Assembly (NCBI GenBank): GCA_002633005.1
Contig: NMRA01000404.1
Span: 1 to 64,000 of the forward strand
Length of the DNA stretch: 64,000 nucleotides
DNA from: Phoronis australis
Taxonomy: Eukaryota > Animalia > Phoronida
Reading direction: 5' to 3'
Part shown: piece by piece, positions 36,401-49,580 of the stretch
How positions within the stretch are numbered: position 1 is the first letter of the stretch
Layout: every line of letters begins with the position of its first letter
Position numbers and translations under genes: made by a program
Notes under the pieces: model-generated
The model's database searches: none
What the model was told of the DNA's origin: nothing
The model's input: only the letters and a program-made list of their open reading frames with translations

Positions 36401-38235
36401 TAAAACTGCAGTTTTTATACTTATTGACCAATTGGTCCATGTCTCGATGCTACAACAGTAAAAAATCAATGTTTTGAATGTGCATGCGATTTCAAAACTT
36501 CATAGGACTGACAAGCAACTTAGTCTCTGACACATGCATTCAGTAACTAAGTATGCAACTTGATACTGGAGAAATACATGTTGGAAAAATACTCGCGACT
36601 TAAATTGTTTGTGATGTGCCATATGAGTATCAACAAAGTAGTCAAAGATAGACAAGTTACTTTAACAATTTACCTATCTATCTTTGACCAATTTGTGCAA
36701 GAAACACCTGTTGTATGTAGTCCAAATTTTGGAACTCCGCCGATTGAAAAGCGTCCTGTTGAAAAAGAATTGGCAGCATGTTGCCCTTGCCGAATGACAT
36801 TGATGCGTGGGTCAATAATTTAGTGCAAATTTCACAACAAAAAAATCCTGTAACTCATGTTGTTCGCGTGCATTGTATTCTATGATTAGTTTCGCAGGAA
36901 ATGTAAAGCCTTGAAATACTTCAACTTTCCGCAAATTTCCGTTATCGGGTGATTCAAGTTCGCTCCCTTAGCATTGAATACATCCCACTTATGGGCAAAC
37001 CAGGACAGTCGTGTTCAACTTCTATTTCAGAGGTATAAAACCAAGCAGTAATTTAGCATTTAAACTTGAACAAAAGACGGGTTCTTTTGAAAAATGAATT
37101 TTCAGTTGTGTAGAACGAGAGTATGTTACCCACTATATAGAATGCGTAAGAGCCAATTTCAGACCACCATTTTTATGTATTATGACATGAGATACTTACA
37201 GAATATGATATTCCTGGCGACGACTGCATGTATAACCATATTCACTGTGACTGGAAATTGATCCGATTTCTGCATTTGAAAATCAGTTCGGTAAAGTAAA
37301 TTGCGGATGGGTGCAAGCCTGAGCAGGCAGTGGTTACTTCATTAAAAATTGTCAAAATTTAAAGATGGGCGCTTTTAGTCGGAACATTGCATGGGCGTTC
37401 ATTCCGAAATTTTCAAAAGTAAAGGGTAGGCGCTTATTGATTACCCGGGCATGGGCACTAACCCGCGAAAATGGACTGAATTCATGGAATCTTTTTTCTC
37501 TAGTGGAATTATTTAGCGATTTGGAATGCAAAGTTCCATATTTCAGTATTTTCGCTTTTAGTGACCAGAATTTAAGAATGCAATCTATCAAAATTTGACA
37601 ATAAACAATAAACATGGGTTGCAACAAGTTGTGTGTAATAGGGAGCTACTGTGTAACTCAGTGCAGAAAAAAGGCTGTTGCCAAATAATTATGTCAGCAT
37701 TTAAGGCTCTGTCATAGGATAGATGAGACTAGCTGATGACTTTTCTGATTTCAGCAGAGATATAAAATTGTTTGAATATGTAGTTTGATAACAGAAAATG
37801 TATCATGTTACACATTTTGGTAAAATTCTCCAGTTGTGTACAGTGAAGCGTTAATTATCTTCCCTCAAGGTCGGAGCTGGCGTACCAAATTTTTGAAATA
37901 CCAAATATTGGATTTCCAAACTCAAGAATCTTGAGAAAGATGATTTTTTTATTGGAACCTATTTTACCTAATTTATTTCAGAATTTGTTGACACAACCTG
38001 AAGTGTTCCGAAATTTTGAGAATGTTATCGGCCAAATTACCCATGTCTCAATCTTCGAAATCCTAAAGGCTTGAATTTCTATGTTCGAAATTTTGGAGAT
38101 TATATCGAAGTGGATAATTTTTACCACCTTACTTTGGTCATGGAATATATTTTCAAGTGTGTGAACTTGGTCATCTTTAGATAAGGTCAGTATAACTAGT
38201 GACACCTGAAGTTGAACAGTTGCAAAATATATCTA

Positions 38236-39690
38236 CCGTATTCGCCCTAATAAGCACCCATTCCCCTATAAGCACCCCCACGTGTTTTCAGACTTCGCTA
38301 AAATAAGCGCCCAGTCTATGAACGTGTACATGCGAAAAATGCTTACGTACAGTTCTAAAATTCTACAATAACGTCTTCAGTTTATCAATAAGTCCTGAAG
38401 AAAGTCATTGAGCAAAGAATTTGTAGACCACGAGCCTCGCCGCCATGTCGGTATTTAGCCGTGACTTCTAACTTCAAACTTCCGCCGTGCTTCAAAAAGA
38501 GCACAAAAGTTTTGCTGATCTTGCGAGGAATGTGTTCCATTATTACCTGGCCTTTCAGAACAGACGCAGCGTACTTGTCAAAGGGATTGTATTGTATCTT
38601 TCCCGTACAGATCTCTCAACAGGAAGCCAAATTTCTTTGTACACGTGAAAACCACGAATCGAAGACTAATAAAAAATTGACCTTTGTTAAAAGCACGTGG
38701 CCAGGAAGCGCGCTACATACATGTACCTGTCATCAAAGACCGTAGTCTTCGGGAACTATCTATTCGGGAAATGGGTTGCATTGCATCAGCAAGAAATGAA
38801 TATTGGCACTAATTTCCGAAAGTTTCTAATACCGTAAAAAATGTTCACATTATGTTGATGAGGAATTATTTATTTAATCATAATTGGTATTTTTAAAGTC
38901 AACATAACCCACTGATAGTGAACACTTGCACCCTTACATACCCCCTTGATTTTCCCGCAAAGTAACTGTTAGATTGTCAAGCATCCAGTCACCCTGTGAC
39001 TCACCGAGACAATTCTCGAACGTTTTTCATCAGATCAACAAGTGCTAATTACAACACGTTCTGCTTTACTGCTTGTGTGATTTTATTTAGTTGCAATGCA
39101 CACCTAGATTGTTACATCGCGTTTACTCTAGCAAATGAACTCTGATGACATGCATGTGCTCGCTTACTCACATAATACGCACACGAACTTCAAAACAAAC
39201 GTCACATGACAACAATGTGTGTTCGTCCAGCGATTTTTCTTGTGTTGCCGGGTACGATCTCGTGCAGATTTGGTCTTAACGTGCAGTTAATCCCGACTCC
39301 TGGAACTTAAAAATCTTAGGAACACCATTTTGAAAACTTAAGGAGGACTTCAGGTAATTTTTGAGTCGAAATTGTATTTTTATTTAACAATTCAAGTTGC
39401 TCTATTGACAGTCAAGCAGTGACGCATCAGTCGGAGAGTTTACACCTTGGGATTTCAGCATAATTTTCTGAAAAATGATCGTAATTTAACTTGGTAGCAA
39501 TGTACCATAACTTTGTTAAAAGTCTGTCATAGGTTACAGATATGTCACAGAGCGTAAATTTGATGAATCCTAGCTGAAGATTTAACCCGTTTTGGGTACT
39601 GGATTTTAACCAGCTAAGACTACAATAAGCACCTTCCTCCTGAAACAAATTTTTTCGAAGCGCCCTGGGTGCTTATTAGGGCAAATACAG
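38236..39690 (+). mobile_element. 1.45-kb non-autonomous Tc1/mariner (pogo/Tigger-like) element, family C
   Basis: TA|CCGTATTCGCCCTAATAAGCACCC...GGGTGCTTATTAGGGCAAATACAG|TA, with TA flanks. Homologous to 57955-59250. Confidence 0.8.
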
Positions 39691-39741
39691 TATTTAAAAA
39701 AAAATAAATGCAGGTTGACACTAATTGATAGTACTGGCTCT

Positions 39742-39921
39742 GTGGGCCCTAGTCCAAGAAAACTGACTTAGCTAAGACAAATGTTAAATTTACGTCAAAT
39801 TTAAAAAATATCTTCAGTTTGTCTTAAGTTTGTTCCAAGAAAGTGATCTGAAGTGTGACTTTTCATAGTTTGGAAGTTGACACAAAACGTAGAGTTAAGT
39901 CTTTTTTCTGGAATGAGCCCC
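39742..39921. mobile_element. Possible ~180-bp Harbinger-like MITE
   Basis: Left end GGGCCCTAGTCCAAGAAAACTGACTTAGCT; reverse complement of the right end GGGGCTCATTCCAGAAAAAAGACTTAACT. Confidence 0.4.
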
Positions 39922-42481
39922 TGAGTTTTAAGGTACAGTCATTTGTTCTCTTGAGCATGAAATGGTTCTCATGGCTCCATAAAAAACAAATTTGTTATTA
40001 TAACCACCTTACCCAATTGTCACACTGAGATCTTTACAAAATACCCAATATGGCAATTACAATAAAAGCATCAGGTTTCTTAAGGGCCGCAAACATTTTA
40101 AGATGTGCATGCGAGATATGGAAGGTATTCAATTGTGCTGATTTTTTGCTGTAGTTTGAGAATGTAAGAAAGAAGCATCTAATATTTTTTTGGGCAGTCA
40201 CACTAACCAAAGGTAGCTGTTCCAAAAGCGAAGTTCTTGCCATTATTTCTGCAATACAGCTGTCATTTTTATGCAACCAACATTAAACTTGTGTAAAGCG
40301 TGTAATGGTAGCTTGAGGCTATGATATTGTTTGGACACAAGTGCAGATCCCCACTGATTGTTCCTGTGAGGAAATTTTGAGGTATGTAAGAAGATACATC
40401 TGTTCAAAGGCTACAGTGTTTACTCTAATAGTTTGTGCACTAGTGTACAAGCTATTTTTCCCTTGAGAGCTTCATGTCGTACAAACTATTAGAGAAGAAA
40501 GTCGAATGGTTGAACTTTTAGAGATAAAGATCGAAGATAGCAGAGTTCAACGATGGCCTCTGAGATGATGGTGCACAATGTGAATTATTAGAGAAAACAT
40601 ATAGGATGTGTGTCATCCATTTCTTGCTATTATTTCATTACTCAAGGTATTAGAGATTTTCCGATTTGATGACTGCTGTTTTATTGAGCGATTTCTTTAT
40701 GCGCTTTTGTTGTACAAGATTTTTTTTGGTAATGTTTATGGGCGTACCTAACCTATCATATGGAGTCTTGCATTAACTGGAGCCTCAAGTAGCACAAGAA
40801 TAGTGTCCAAAATTGATGTCAAAAGTGAGTTTATCCTTTAACCAAAGATTTATAAATAAAGATAATATATTAATAACCGTTGTGCAATTGTAGGAAGAGG
40901 AACCAAATAGCAAATATTTTCGTATGTCGTGATTTTGATGGAAAAGACACTCTTCTGTTTGGGAATTTATGTATATGATGGATATGCAGAGTAAGGCCTT
41001 GAAGCACAATGTATCATTTTACCAACTAACATGTACCTCACAATATGGTGGTTTACTCTTATAAACTGTTTGCTTCATCTAATAGTTGAAAAATTTGTTG
41101 AACACACAACAAGGTTTACATTTAATAAGTTCAATGATAGTAGTACATAGAATGCAGCAAAAAGTTAATTTCCCTTAGACCTGTTTAGCATATTATACAT
41201 TTCCTGTCAAATAGTACAATAGTTATGACTTCATTGTACCCTTAAAAGCCATTTTAATTGTTCCTCATTAGTTTTTGGACAAAGTTACCTGCTATCTGTT
41301 GATTGCATGAAATATGAACCATGACTCAATTTTGTTATCATTGTTAGTGCCAATTAAGATTGTGAATTGTTCCTCTCTCTCTATCTTTTATGAAAGTTTT
41401 TGTATAAAGCCAAACGTACCTGGGGCATAAATTTACGTTCTATAAGCTATTACTTGAGGGTTGTTAGAGACATTTTTTTGTGTACAGTTCTAGGACAATA
41501 CATTATTTCCATCTAAAGAATATTTCTAACTATACTACATTATTGATGTCCCAATATGTGTGTAGAGACCTATGCATTATTGTTAATATTCATTTGTAGG
41601 AGAGGCAGTGAATTGTGCCCTCCAGCCATTTGTTTTGTCATGCATAATACTAGGAGTATCCCTTATTCAGATTTGAGATACTGGCTAAGGCTTGAAGAGA
41701 ACTGATGGTACAATTGTTGCTCTAGACAGTGTTTATTAAGTTGCTGGTCAGGTGTGGTCTCTGCAATAAATTTAGTCACCAGCTGCCAGGGGAATTTAAA
41801 CAAAGGTTAAGGAGGTTAAGAAGGATGAGGTTGGCCTAGGAATGGTAAATATGCCTGTGAAGAGAGTTGATATATTTATCAACAACGTGGTGTACCTAGC
41901 TTTAACTCAATGCGGACTGTTTGAACATTCTTGCGTTTACTTATTCTTTTTATTTTTGATATCTAGATTGCATTATTAAAGTTGCTCTTGGTGAACTTAA
42001 AACAGTTTGTTAGGGGACAATTCCTGGCCCTAGGGACCTCTACCTCAGTGACTCCTGCCTAGGGGTGTGAAGGCTAAAGTGGCTTAGCCATTTTTGCCTA
42101 TCTGGAACCTACTGAATATTATAAGTGCCATTGACATGCTCCAGTTATGCGTTTATTGTACTAGTTACTGAAATGTGTAATTACTTTAACATTTAGCGCA
42201 CATTATGGGGGGGGGGCAACTGAACTTGTAGTTTATCAAATTTCTCATCAACAAGAAATGTGGAGAAAAATCCACTTTAAAAAGTAACCAGCCTTTGAAA
42301 AATTCAACATTTGTAACTTTTTGTCCCAAATAAATTGGTGTGATTGAAACTTTGAGATGCTATGCTTTATGCACTTACTTTCCAAAACACTTTTCTGATA
42401 GAAACTGTTTTTAAAATGTTCCACTTTTGCACAAAGGGCTATTTAAAATTAATTGGATGTTTATGATTTCATGAAGATATG

Positions 42482-42666
42482 AAAAGTGTTGTATAAAATA
42501 AGTGTTGTACAAAACAAAAGTGTTGTACAATACAAAAGTGTTGTACAAAACAAAACTGTTGTACAAAACAAAACTGTTGTACAAAACAAAAGTGTTGTAC
42601 AAAACAAAACTGTTGTACAAAACAAAAGTGTTGTACAAAACAAAAGTGTTGTACAAAACAAAAGTG
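42482..42666. repeat. 18-bp minisatellite, about 10 copies
   Basis: Unit AAAA(G/C)TGTTGTACAAAAC. Confidence 0.95.
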
Positions 42667-42967
42667 AAATGGTAATTTAGGGAACCCTCAGCAGCATTTT
42701 TTGAGATTTCATCTTGAAAATTTACATCAACTGAAACTAGGTCATGTTATTAAAGAGGCATGGAACGCGAAAGCTCGTCAAAATATTTTTAAATGATTCA
42801 AAAAGAAAGCACCATCTCACAATGTGTACTACTAAGCTACAGTTATTCACTTTCCCCTGTGAGAGAATTTCCAGAAAAAATCACTAAATTTGCAATGTTT
42901 GAAATACGCTTGAAGAAAAACACTGTTAAGTCATCACAGAGTTTTTAATTTCTCTGCCACTTGTGTT

Positions 42968-43060
42968 AAATGAGTACATGCGGTCATAGTCAGTTGATAA
43001 ATGTGTACATGCGGTCACAGTCAGGTGATAAATGTGTACATGCGGTCACAGTCAGTTGAT
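42968..43060. repeat. 31-bp tandem repeat, 3 copies
   Basis: Unit AAATGTGTACATGCGGTCACAGTCAGTTGAT. Confidence 0.9.
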
Positions 43061-45609
43061 AAACAGCTGATTGACAAGATGGAGTAATGGCAGGTTATGT
43101 GTGGTTACAAGGTGAAAATAAAACGGTCCGCATCATGGTATGAAGCAAGACAATGAAATAAGCAATTTTCCAAGTGCATTTTAGAATAGATTTGAATACT
43201 ACGGTACTTTTTAACTAATTTTAAACATCAAATTCTGCAGGTCTTCTACTTTTCAGAAAATAATACTTTTACAAAGATGAAATTACTGTTTTCTAGACAT
43301 TATGCTAAACACATGTTGAAAGCTCCTCTACTTAAGGTGTTGTGGCATTCTAGTTGAAAAATTTCCAAATTTGGTCATGTTTGTGGAACATGATATCTCA
43401 GAAGTTACTTGTCGTATTTTTATTAATTTTCGTGAAATCATTAAAAGTTGCATTAAACAAAAACAAAATGATAATTTAAAAAACTGTGACAGCAGTTTTG
43501 TGACCTTACTTTGAATATTTAAAATTTGATCATGCTATTGCTAACAATTAGCTTTTTTACATAATTTTACTCTAAGAAAATGGTCATGTTGCCCAATTAA
43601 CAGATTTTAATTAAAGTCAAAAATCAAGTTCTACGGAATGCCTGCTTTTAGAAAATAGATTATTTTAGTGAGTTAGAATATATAGTTTTCTAGATAGTTT
43701 GCTAGAGGTTGTTTATAAGGTCTTACATTATAATAATGGGGAAAGTGCTTCTATGCAAGTATAAGTTACCATTCTTTAGGAAAGTTTTAATTTAAGTCTG
43801 AATTGATGTGCCATTTATCTATTTTATCTCGATAAATTTTTCAAATGCATTTTTTATGTAAAAATACTTCAAGGGCTACAAATGTTTGCAGGTTTTGTTA
43901 TTCTTGTACATTTTTGAAAACTAACTCTGTTAATATGTGAGTCTTATTCTTATTGTTATTTTATCTCTTTGTGAATGCACTGTTGAGATGGTTTAACTTT
44001 TTCGCAAAAAATCATAAAAGTTGTCTTTTGATATTCCCTCTTGCATAAGTGGAGTATTTAAAAAACAACTCCTGAAAACACAGAGCATGAATCATATCAT
44101 CTGAAGGATTCATATACGTAAATCCAATCAGTTGTTTCTTAGATATGATGGTCCAGTTTGCTTATTACTCATTGAGCATTTGTCCAATTGGTCCTACATT
44201 AAAGTCTTAAAATGACTGATTGTATGCTAAATACCACAATTATAAAAAAGTTCTTGTTAGAAACACAGTGTGGGATATAGGCGTATGTGCCTAAATTCAT
44301 GAATTTTTGTATTTGATAGATATGGTTTTAAGACTACCTATAAACTATTTAGTAATTTATGTGCTGAGGCAGTTGAATGTCTACTGGTGTTGTTATTACT
44401 GTTGGTGAGCCTTTTACTCACAATTCACCTGAAGGTTTATTCAACAAGTCATCTATATTTCAACTACCTGACAAAAATTAGAAAAGCTGATATATGTAGC
44501 AGGTCTTAACTTTTTCAGTTATGTCGTGCATACCATCAGATGTAATACCTAGAGAATACTTCATAGATCGATGTTTTGAATTGTTAAGCTAGTTTTTACA
44601 TTGCACTGTTTTACGCTACAGTAGGTACATAATACTTTAATGTGTGCTAAGTGAACAATAGGGTATCAATATTTATGTAGTCCCGCTTATCTTAGCATGA
44701 TGAGAGTGATGACAAGCTTGATTGCCTTTCTAGTGCAGTGCTTCATGCCTGGCTGTCTTCTGTCATAATTGGCGTGCTGCTGTTGTGCAGTTCAGTTGTG
44801 TTGGAGCTAGGTGATGGGTGACCTGTCTGACCTCGGTGCTCATACAGCTCTGTAGATCAGGCTTGTCTTTACCTGAAGGATTAAGGTAAGATATTTGTCT
44901 TAAGAACAATTAGGTTTGTGTTTTTGAGTATGGATGCATTTCTTTTGCAGCTGTTGAAGGAAATGAATGGAAATAGCCGACCACAAAGTCCAGCTGAAAT
45001 TCGTTGAGAGGTGGTGAGGTTTACAATTTCATGGCTATAAAACTTGTGTATATGCTTCAAATTGTAGACACTCGTGTCTGAAACATATCTTGAGTTCAAT
45101 ATACAGGTGATCATTTTCGTTCAAGTTCTACAATTTGCCAGTCAGCTATACTGTTAGTACATGGTCTGTTAACTTTAACCCTAACCACAATTTATTTTGT
45201 CAGGAAATTTTCAGAATATATTACTCACAGTTAACAGTCAAGACTGGGTTTCAATTCAAATACTTGGTCATGTACAGTAGGCTTACTGATGAAACCGTTA
45301 ATCAGCTGATCAAAAAAGTAATTGAAGCAAAACTCAATATTCGTGCCATAATAACAACAGTATCAACAACAATTGAACTGTGACTGCACTTTGCATCTTT
45401 GCATGTGAGCACTCCACATTCCTGCCTACAACTTCTGCCTTGCCACCGTTTCTGAGTTGCGGGTGTATAAACGGCCGCTTGGCACTGATCGTCTTGTACC
45501 TTGTCTGTTGTGCCATGTTGAAAGTTAATTTCTAAGCAGGACTTTTGTTGATTTCCTATGAATTCAATGACATTGGTTAAACCAAGTTATTACTTGCAAA
45601 GAGAATTTT

Positions 45610-46512
45610 GTTATTTGGTGGAATATTTCGCCAAGTATGTTGCGCTGACACGAAGTCGTTTTTGTTTGTTTGCACGATACAGATCGCCATTTTTGTCGGA
45701 ATGGCATGAAATTTACGCTCAACCTGTAGCTCAAGAAGAGCTGGAAGCCTATTGTTTTTCGTCATGACCGGATTCATTTTGTTTTCAAATTCAGATTCAA
45801 ATGCTCATAGAGGCCACAATCTTTAACGTACACGACTGAAAATCCGAGTAGGATTACTGTACCAGACGTGTTCTACAGATTTGTCGGAAGTAATTTACTT
45901 CTAATTAAAGATGACGGAATGCCATTGCGCATGCGCACCTTGATTTTGGGACGGAAATATTTTGTCCTGTAGAGAGTGCATTGTATATTCAACCAATTTT
46001 TCTTAAGTTTCCCGTTGCTCAATAATTATTGAATGCTGCTTAACCTGAAGTTTTTAAAAATGTCGGATTTCATGCATTTTTATCCATTTTCAATCGTGCT
46101 GGAGTGCCATTTTGAATGGAAAGAGCAAATGACATGAATTTTTGTATGTGGGTTTGTGAGATATACTCTTTCAAATGAACTCGAATATTTTTTTCTCAGA
46201 CTTACTGTTTTTGAGTTTTTTGATTCATGCAAAATCTGAAAATTTTTGAAGAATTTGTGTAATTTTGTGAAACTAATCTGTTAGATAGAATTTCAAACGG
46301 ACCTTCAGAGAGTGTTTTCCTTTTTTCATTTTTGAATTGTTTGGGATTTTCTGATTATGCTGTTCCTTTGTCGATTTTGCTGCACTTTTGTTGGTTTACC
46401 TCCTTATGAACAAGACTATTTTTTGCTCATTTGTGGCATCTTCATTCATCATATGATTGTTATCATGTTCGTCATCGCCACCACCATTGTCATCATCGTC
46501 ATCATCATTATT
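45610..46512 (+). repeat. Repeat family A copy 4 (diverged; probably resumes at about 47326-47415 after the LINE)
   Basis: Contains TTCGCCAAGTATGTTGC, GCGCATGCGCACC, CCTGTAGAGAGTGCA and TTTTCTCAGACTTAC blocks, then the TCATCGCCACCACC tract. Confidence 0.7.
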
Positions 46513-47280
46513 AGACAGCGTCTTCGTCTTCTCCAGCGTATATCAACATTTCTTCCCACAGAAGGGCGTTTGCAATTTACATTTCAGCGCTTGTATATTT
46601 CCTCTGTTCATTTATTGTAGTACCGCATGGTGTGGTCAGGATGCAATGCAAAATTGATTTCCTCTTTGTCGAAGGCTCAGACTTGTTCTAGGTGTTACTT
46701 TTGATACTCCATCAACTCATATGTTTAACAAACTGGAGTGGCTCCCTATTGACAAATATTTTATATATACTGTTTTTGTATGATGCATAAGTGTTTTCAC
46801 AACAATCTACCTACTTATTTATCTCGTAACCTTGTACTTGTTTGAAATAGCCACCAAATCAGGACAAGATTTTCTTCCTCAAACAATTTGGTTTTACCTA
46901 AACACAGAACTTGGTTTTATTCTAAGTGCTTTATTCAGGGCATTCAACAGTGGAACAACTCGCCAAACAGTCTAAAGGAGGCTGACAGTTATGATGATGT
47001 CAGACTCAAACTCTTCAGTTACCTGTGGTCGCCACAGCTGTCCCTCCTTTTTGTCACTCCAATGTATATACCTTATAAAAGTTTTTTATTTATTTATTTA
47101 TTTATTTTTAGTTCAGTCTTTAAATCCAATTTGTAAATACTGTTTAATGTAATGTAACTTAATTTAATCTATTTATCCATCTTCATTTATTTGATTTAAT
47201 TTTTGCTGTAGAGGACCAAGCTGGCTTAAAGCATGTTTTATATCTAATGTATTTTATCCCCTATAAATGAAGTTTATTAC

Positions 47281-47325
<45 letters not shown>
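46513..47325 (+). mobile_element. 5'-truncated CR1/L2-group LINE (ORF2 C-terminus, 3' UTR, (TAT)n tail)
   Basis: RQRLRLLQRISTFLP..ACIFPLFIYCSTAW, RLVLG..TPSTHMFNKLEWLPI, HQIRTR..NLVLPKHRT..QQWNNSPNSLKEA; the tail is (TAT)n. Confidence 0.8.
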
Positions 47326-47445
47326 CATCATCTTACTATTATTGTCATCGTCATCTCCATACCCATTTATCTTTTCAGTCAATTTCGCTCTTGCAAGCGT
47401 TTTCATTGAGATATTTTCAGTATTGGCACTCTCACATTGCTTATA

Positions 47446-47730
47446 CCGTATTCGCCGTAATATTAGCGCCCTGAGTGCTTATTAAAAATCACTCCGGGAG
47501 GGGGCGCTTATTGTAGCCTATGGCAGTCAAAACCCGGTCTAGGAAACGGATGAAATCGAAAGCTAGGATTCATCAAATTTACGCTCTGCGAGGTATCTGT
47601 AACCTATGACATACTTTCCACAAAACTGTGGTGCATTGTTACGAAACTTCATTGTTAAATTAGGATCCTTTATCAGAAAATAGTGGAAATCCCAGGGCGA
47701 AAACTCACAGACTAATACATTGCTGTACCT
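47446..47730 (-). mobile_element. Family C right-end fragment, inverted
   Basis: TA|CCGTATTCGCCG, followed by the reverse complement of about 39430-39690. Confidence 0.7.
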
Positions 47731-47929
47731 GAGTATTAAAAATGAATTATGTGTTTTTGTGGAATGTGATGCTTATTACGCTCATGGTCTGTCTGCTTTG
47801 ACAGGAATCCTCCTACTCAACACAAAATCATGAGCTTGTTATACGATCCACATGAATCTCTTACGAAGTTCATACACTTGGCCTTGAGGAGAGAGTGGCT
47901 TTGTGTGACACTACACCAGATCTGATATA

Positions 47930-48460
47930 CCGTATTCGCCGTAATAACCGCCCATGCCCCTATAAGCGCCCCCCCCACGCGTTTTCAGACTTTGCTGGAA
48001 TAAGCGCCCAGTCCATGAACGTGTACATGCGAACAATGACGTACCTTCAGTTCTAAAACTTGGCTACAGTAACGTCTTCAATTTATCAAAAAAGTTTTGC
48101 ACGGGTCTTCTAGACCACCAGCGGCACTGCTACGTTTGTATTTAGCCGTGACAATACACTTCAAAGTAACACAGCGCTTCAAAAAGAACGCAACAGCGTT
48201 GCTACTTTCGCGACGACCGTGTCCCACTATGGTCTGACCTCACAGTACACATCGACTGTCTCATGAATAAAAATAACTCGGTGTTGAACGCACGTGGCCA
48301 GAAAGCGCGCGCTACATATATGAACCTAGCTGTCATCAAAGACATTAGTCGGGAACTATCCATTCATGAAACGGGTAGCATAGCATCGGTAAGAAATGAA
48401 TATTGGCCCTAATTTCCGACAATTTCTAATACTATAAAACATGTTTGCGTTATTTTTNNT
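47930..48460 (+). mobile_element. Family C left-end fragment
   Basis: TA|CCGTATTCGCCGTAATAACCGCCC; matches 38236-38850. Confidence 0.75.
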
Positions 48461-49580
48461 TATATTTGTGAACGAAAACTTGACGTCACACTTCGCATTC
48501 ATCTACTTTTATTCAATTTTGTATGCCGTTAGTAATACTCGGTTAAACCTGAAAAGTTTCTTTTCTGTCTTAGTTGGTCAGACTATTCCCAACACTATAC
48601 CTACCTGCAAGATAAATTTGCTATAGACTACTTTTCTGAACGTTTTGATGATTTTATATTTGTATGATATTTGTAGTGTTGGTTTGTCATTAATACACGT
48701 TTAAACGCTATCGGTTTTATGTTCTGCGTTAGCTGGTCGCTTCTTATTATTAGTAGTATTATTAGTACGATTCGCTCAGTACCGTCGGGGCCTGGGTTAG
48801 ACTTTACGCGACATCTGTTGTTGGGTTGGGTGGTTATCGCCTTTTTCCTTTGTTTTTGATGAAACAAACACACAATATACAACGACACTCGGCGCACACG
48901 AACTAAGGTAATTCACGTTTTGTTCTTATCATCTTTTGTTTCAATCCGTTGCTAGGAGCCGCAAAACGAGTTGCCTGTCTAATTAAACCTATTACGTCAT
49001 GACGTCATTGACACATCCGTCCGCTAGGTGTCCCGATCGCAGTTATACCACGTGACCTCCTTTCACATAGATGACCTTTGACCGAGACCCGCAAAGTAAG
49101 ACTCCTAAATGACTTACTATACTACTGATGTTGATTGATGCGACTTTTCAGGGCTTGTGTGGTTTCCCCAATGTTTGCTTTCCCACAGTCTGGTTCCGAG
49201 CATGAAATGCCTTACACCACATTTGATTTTTTCTCTGTCGTGGTCTTATCTTTCACATTCATCAGCTGACTCCTTATGATGTTACTCTGGAGTTCCGAAT
49301 AGTAGTAGAGACAGCAATAATAGTAGAGACTTATAATAGTACAGACCCAACATTTTTGCCACTAGAAAAGTAGAATAATAATATAGACCGGAAATTGTCG
49401 AAAAAAATTAATAATTAAGTATAGAATGGAATAATGGTATAGACGGCAAATTTTTGGAAATTTAAACATAGTATAGACTGGAATAATAATATTGGTTACA
49501 AATTTAGGTAAAAACTAATAATGATGTAGATGGGATTGGAATAATAATGCAAAGAAGCATATTCTGTCTGACCGCTATAA

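Noticed and set aside
42482-42666. Regular repeats resembling a CRISPR array or a repeat-protein ORF
   Set aside because: These are head-to-tail 18-mers with no unique spacers. The ORFs arise only because 18 is divisible by 3.
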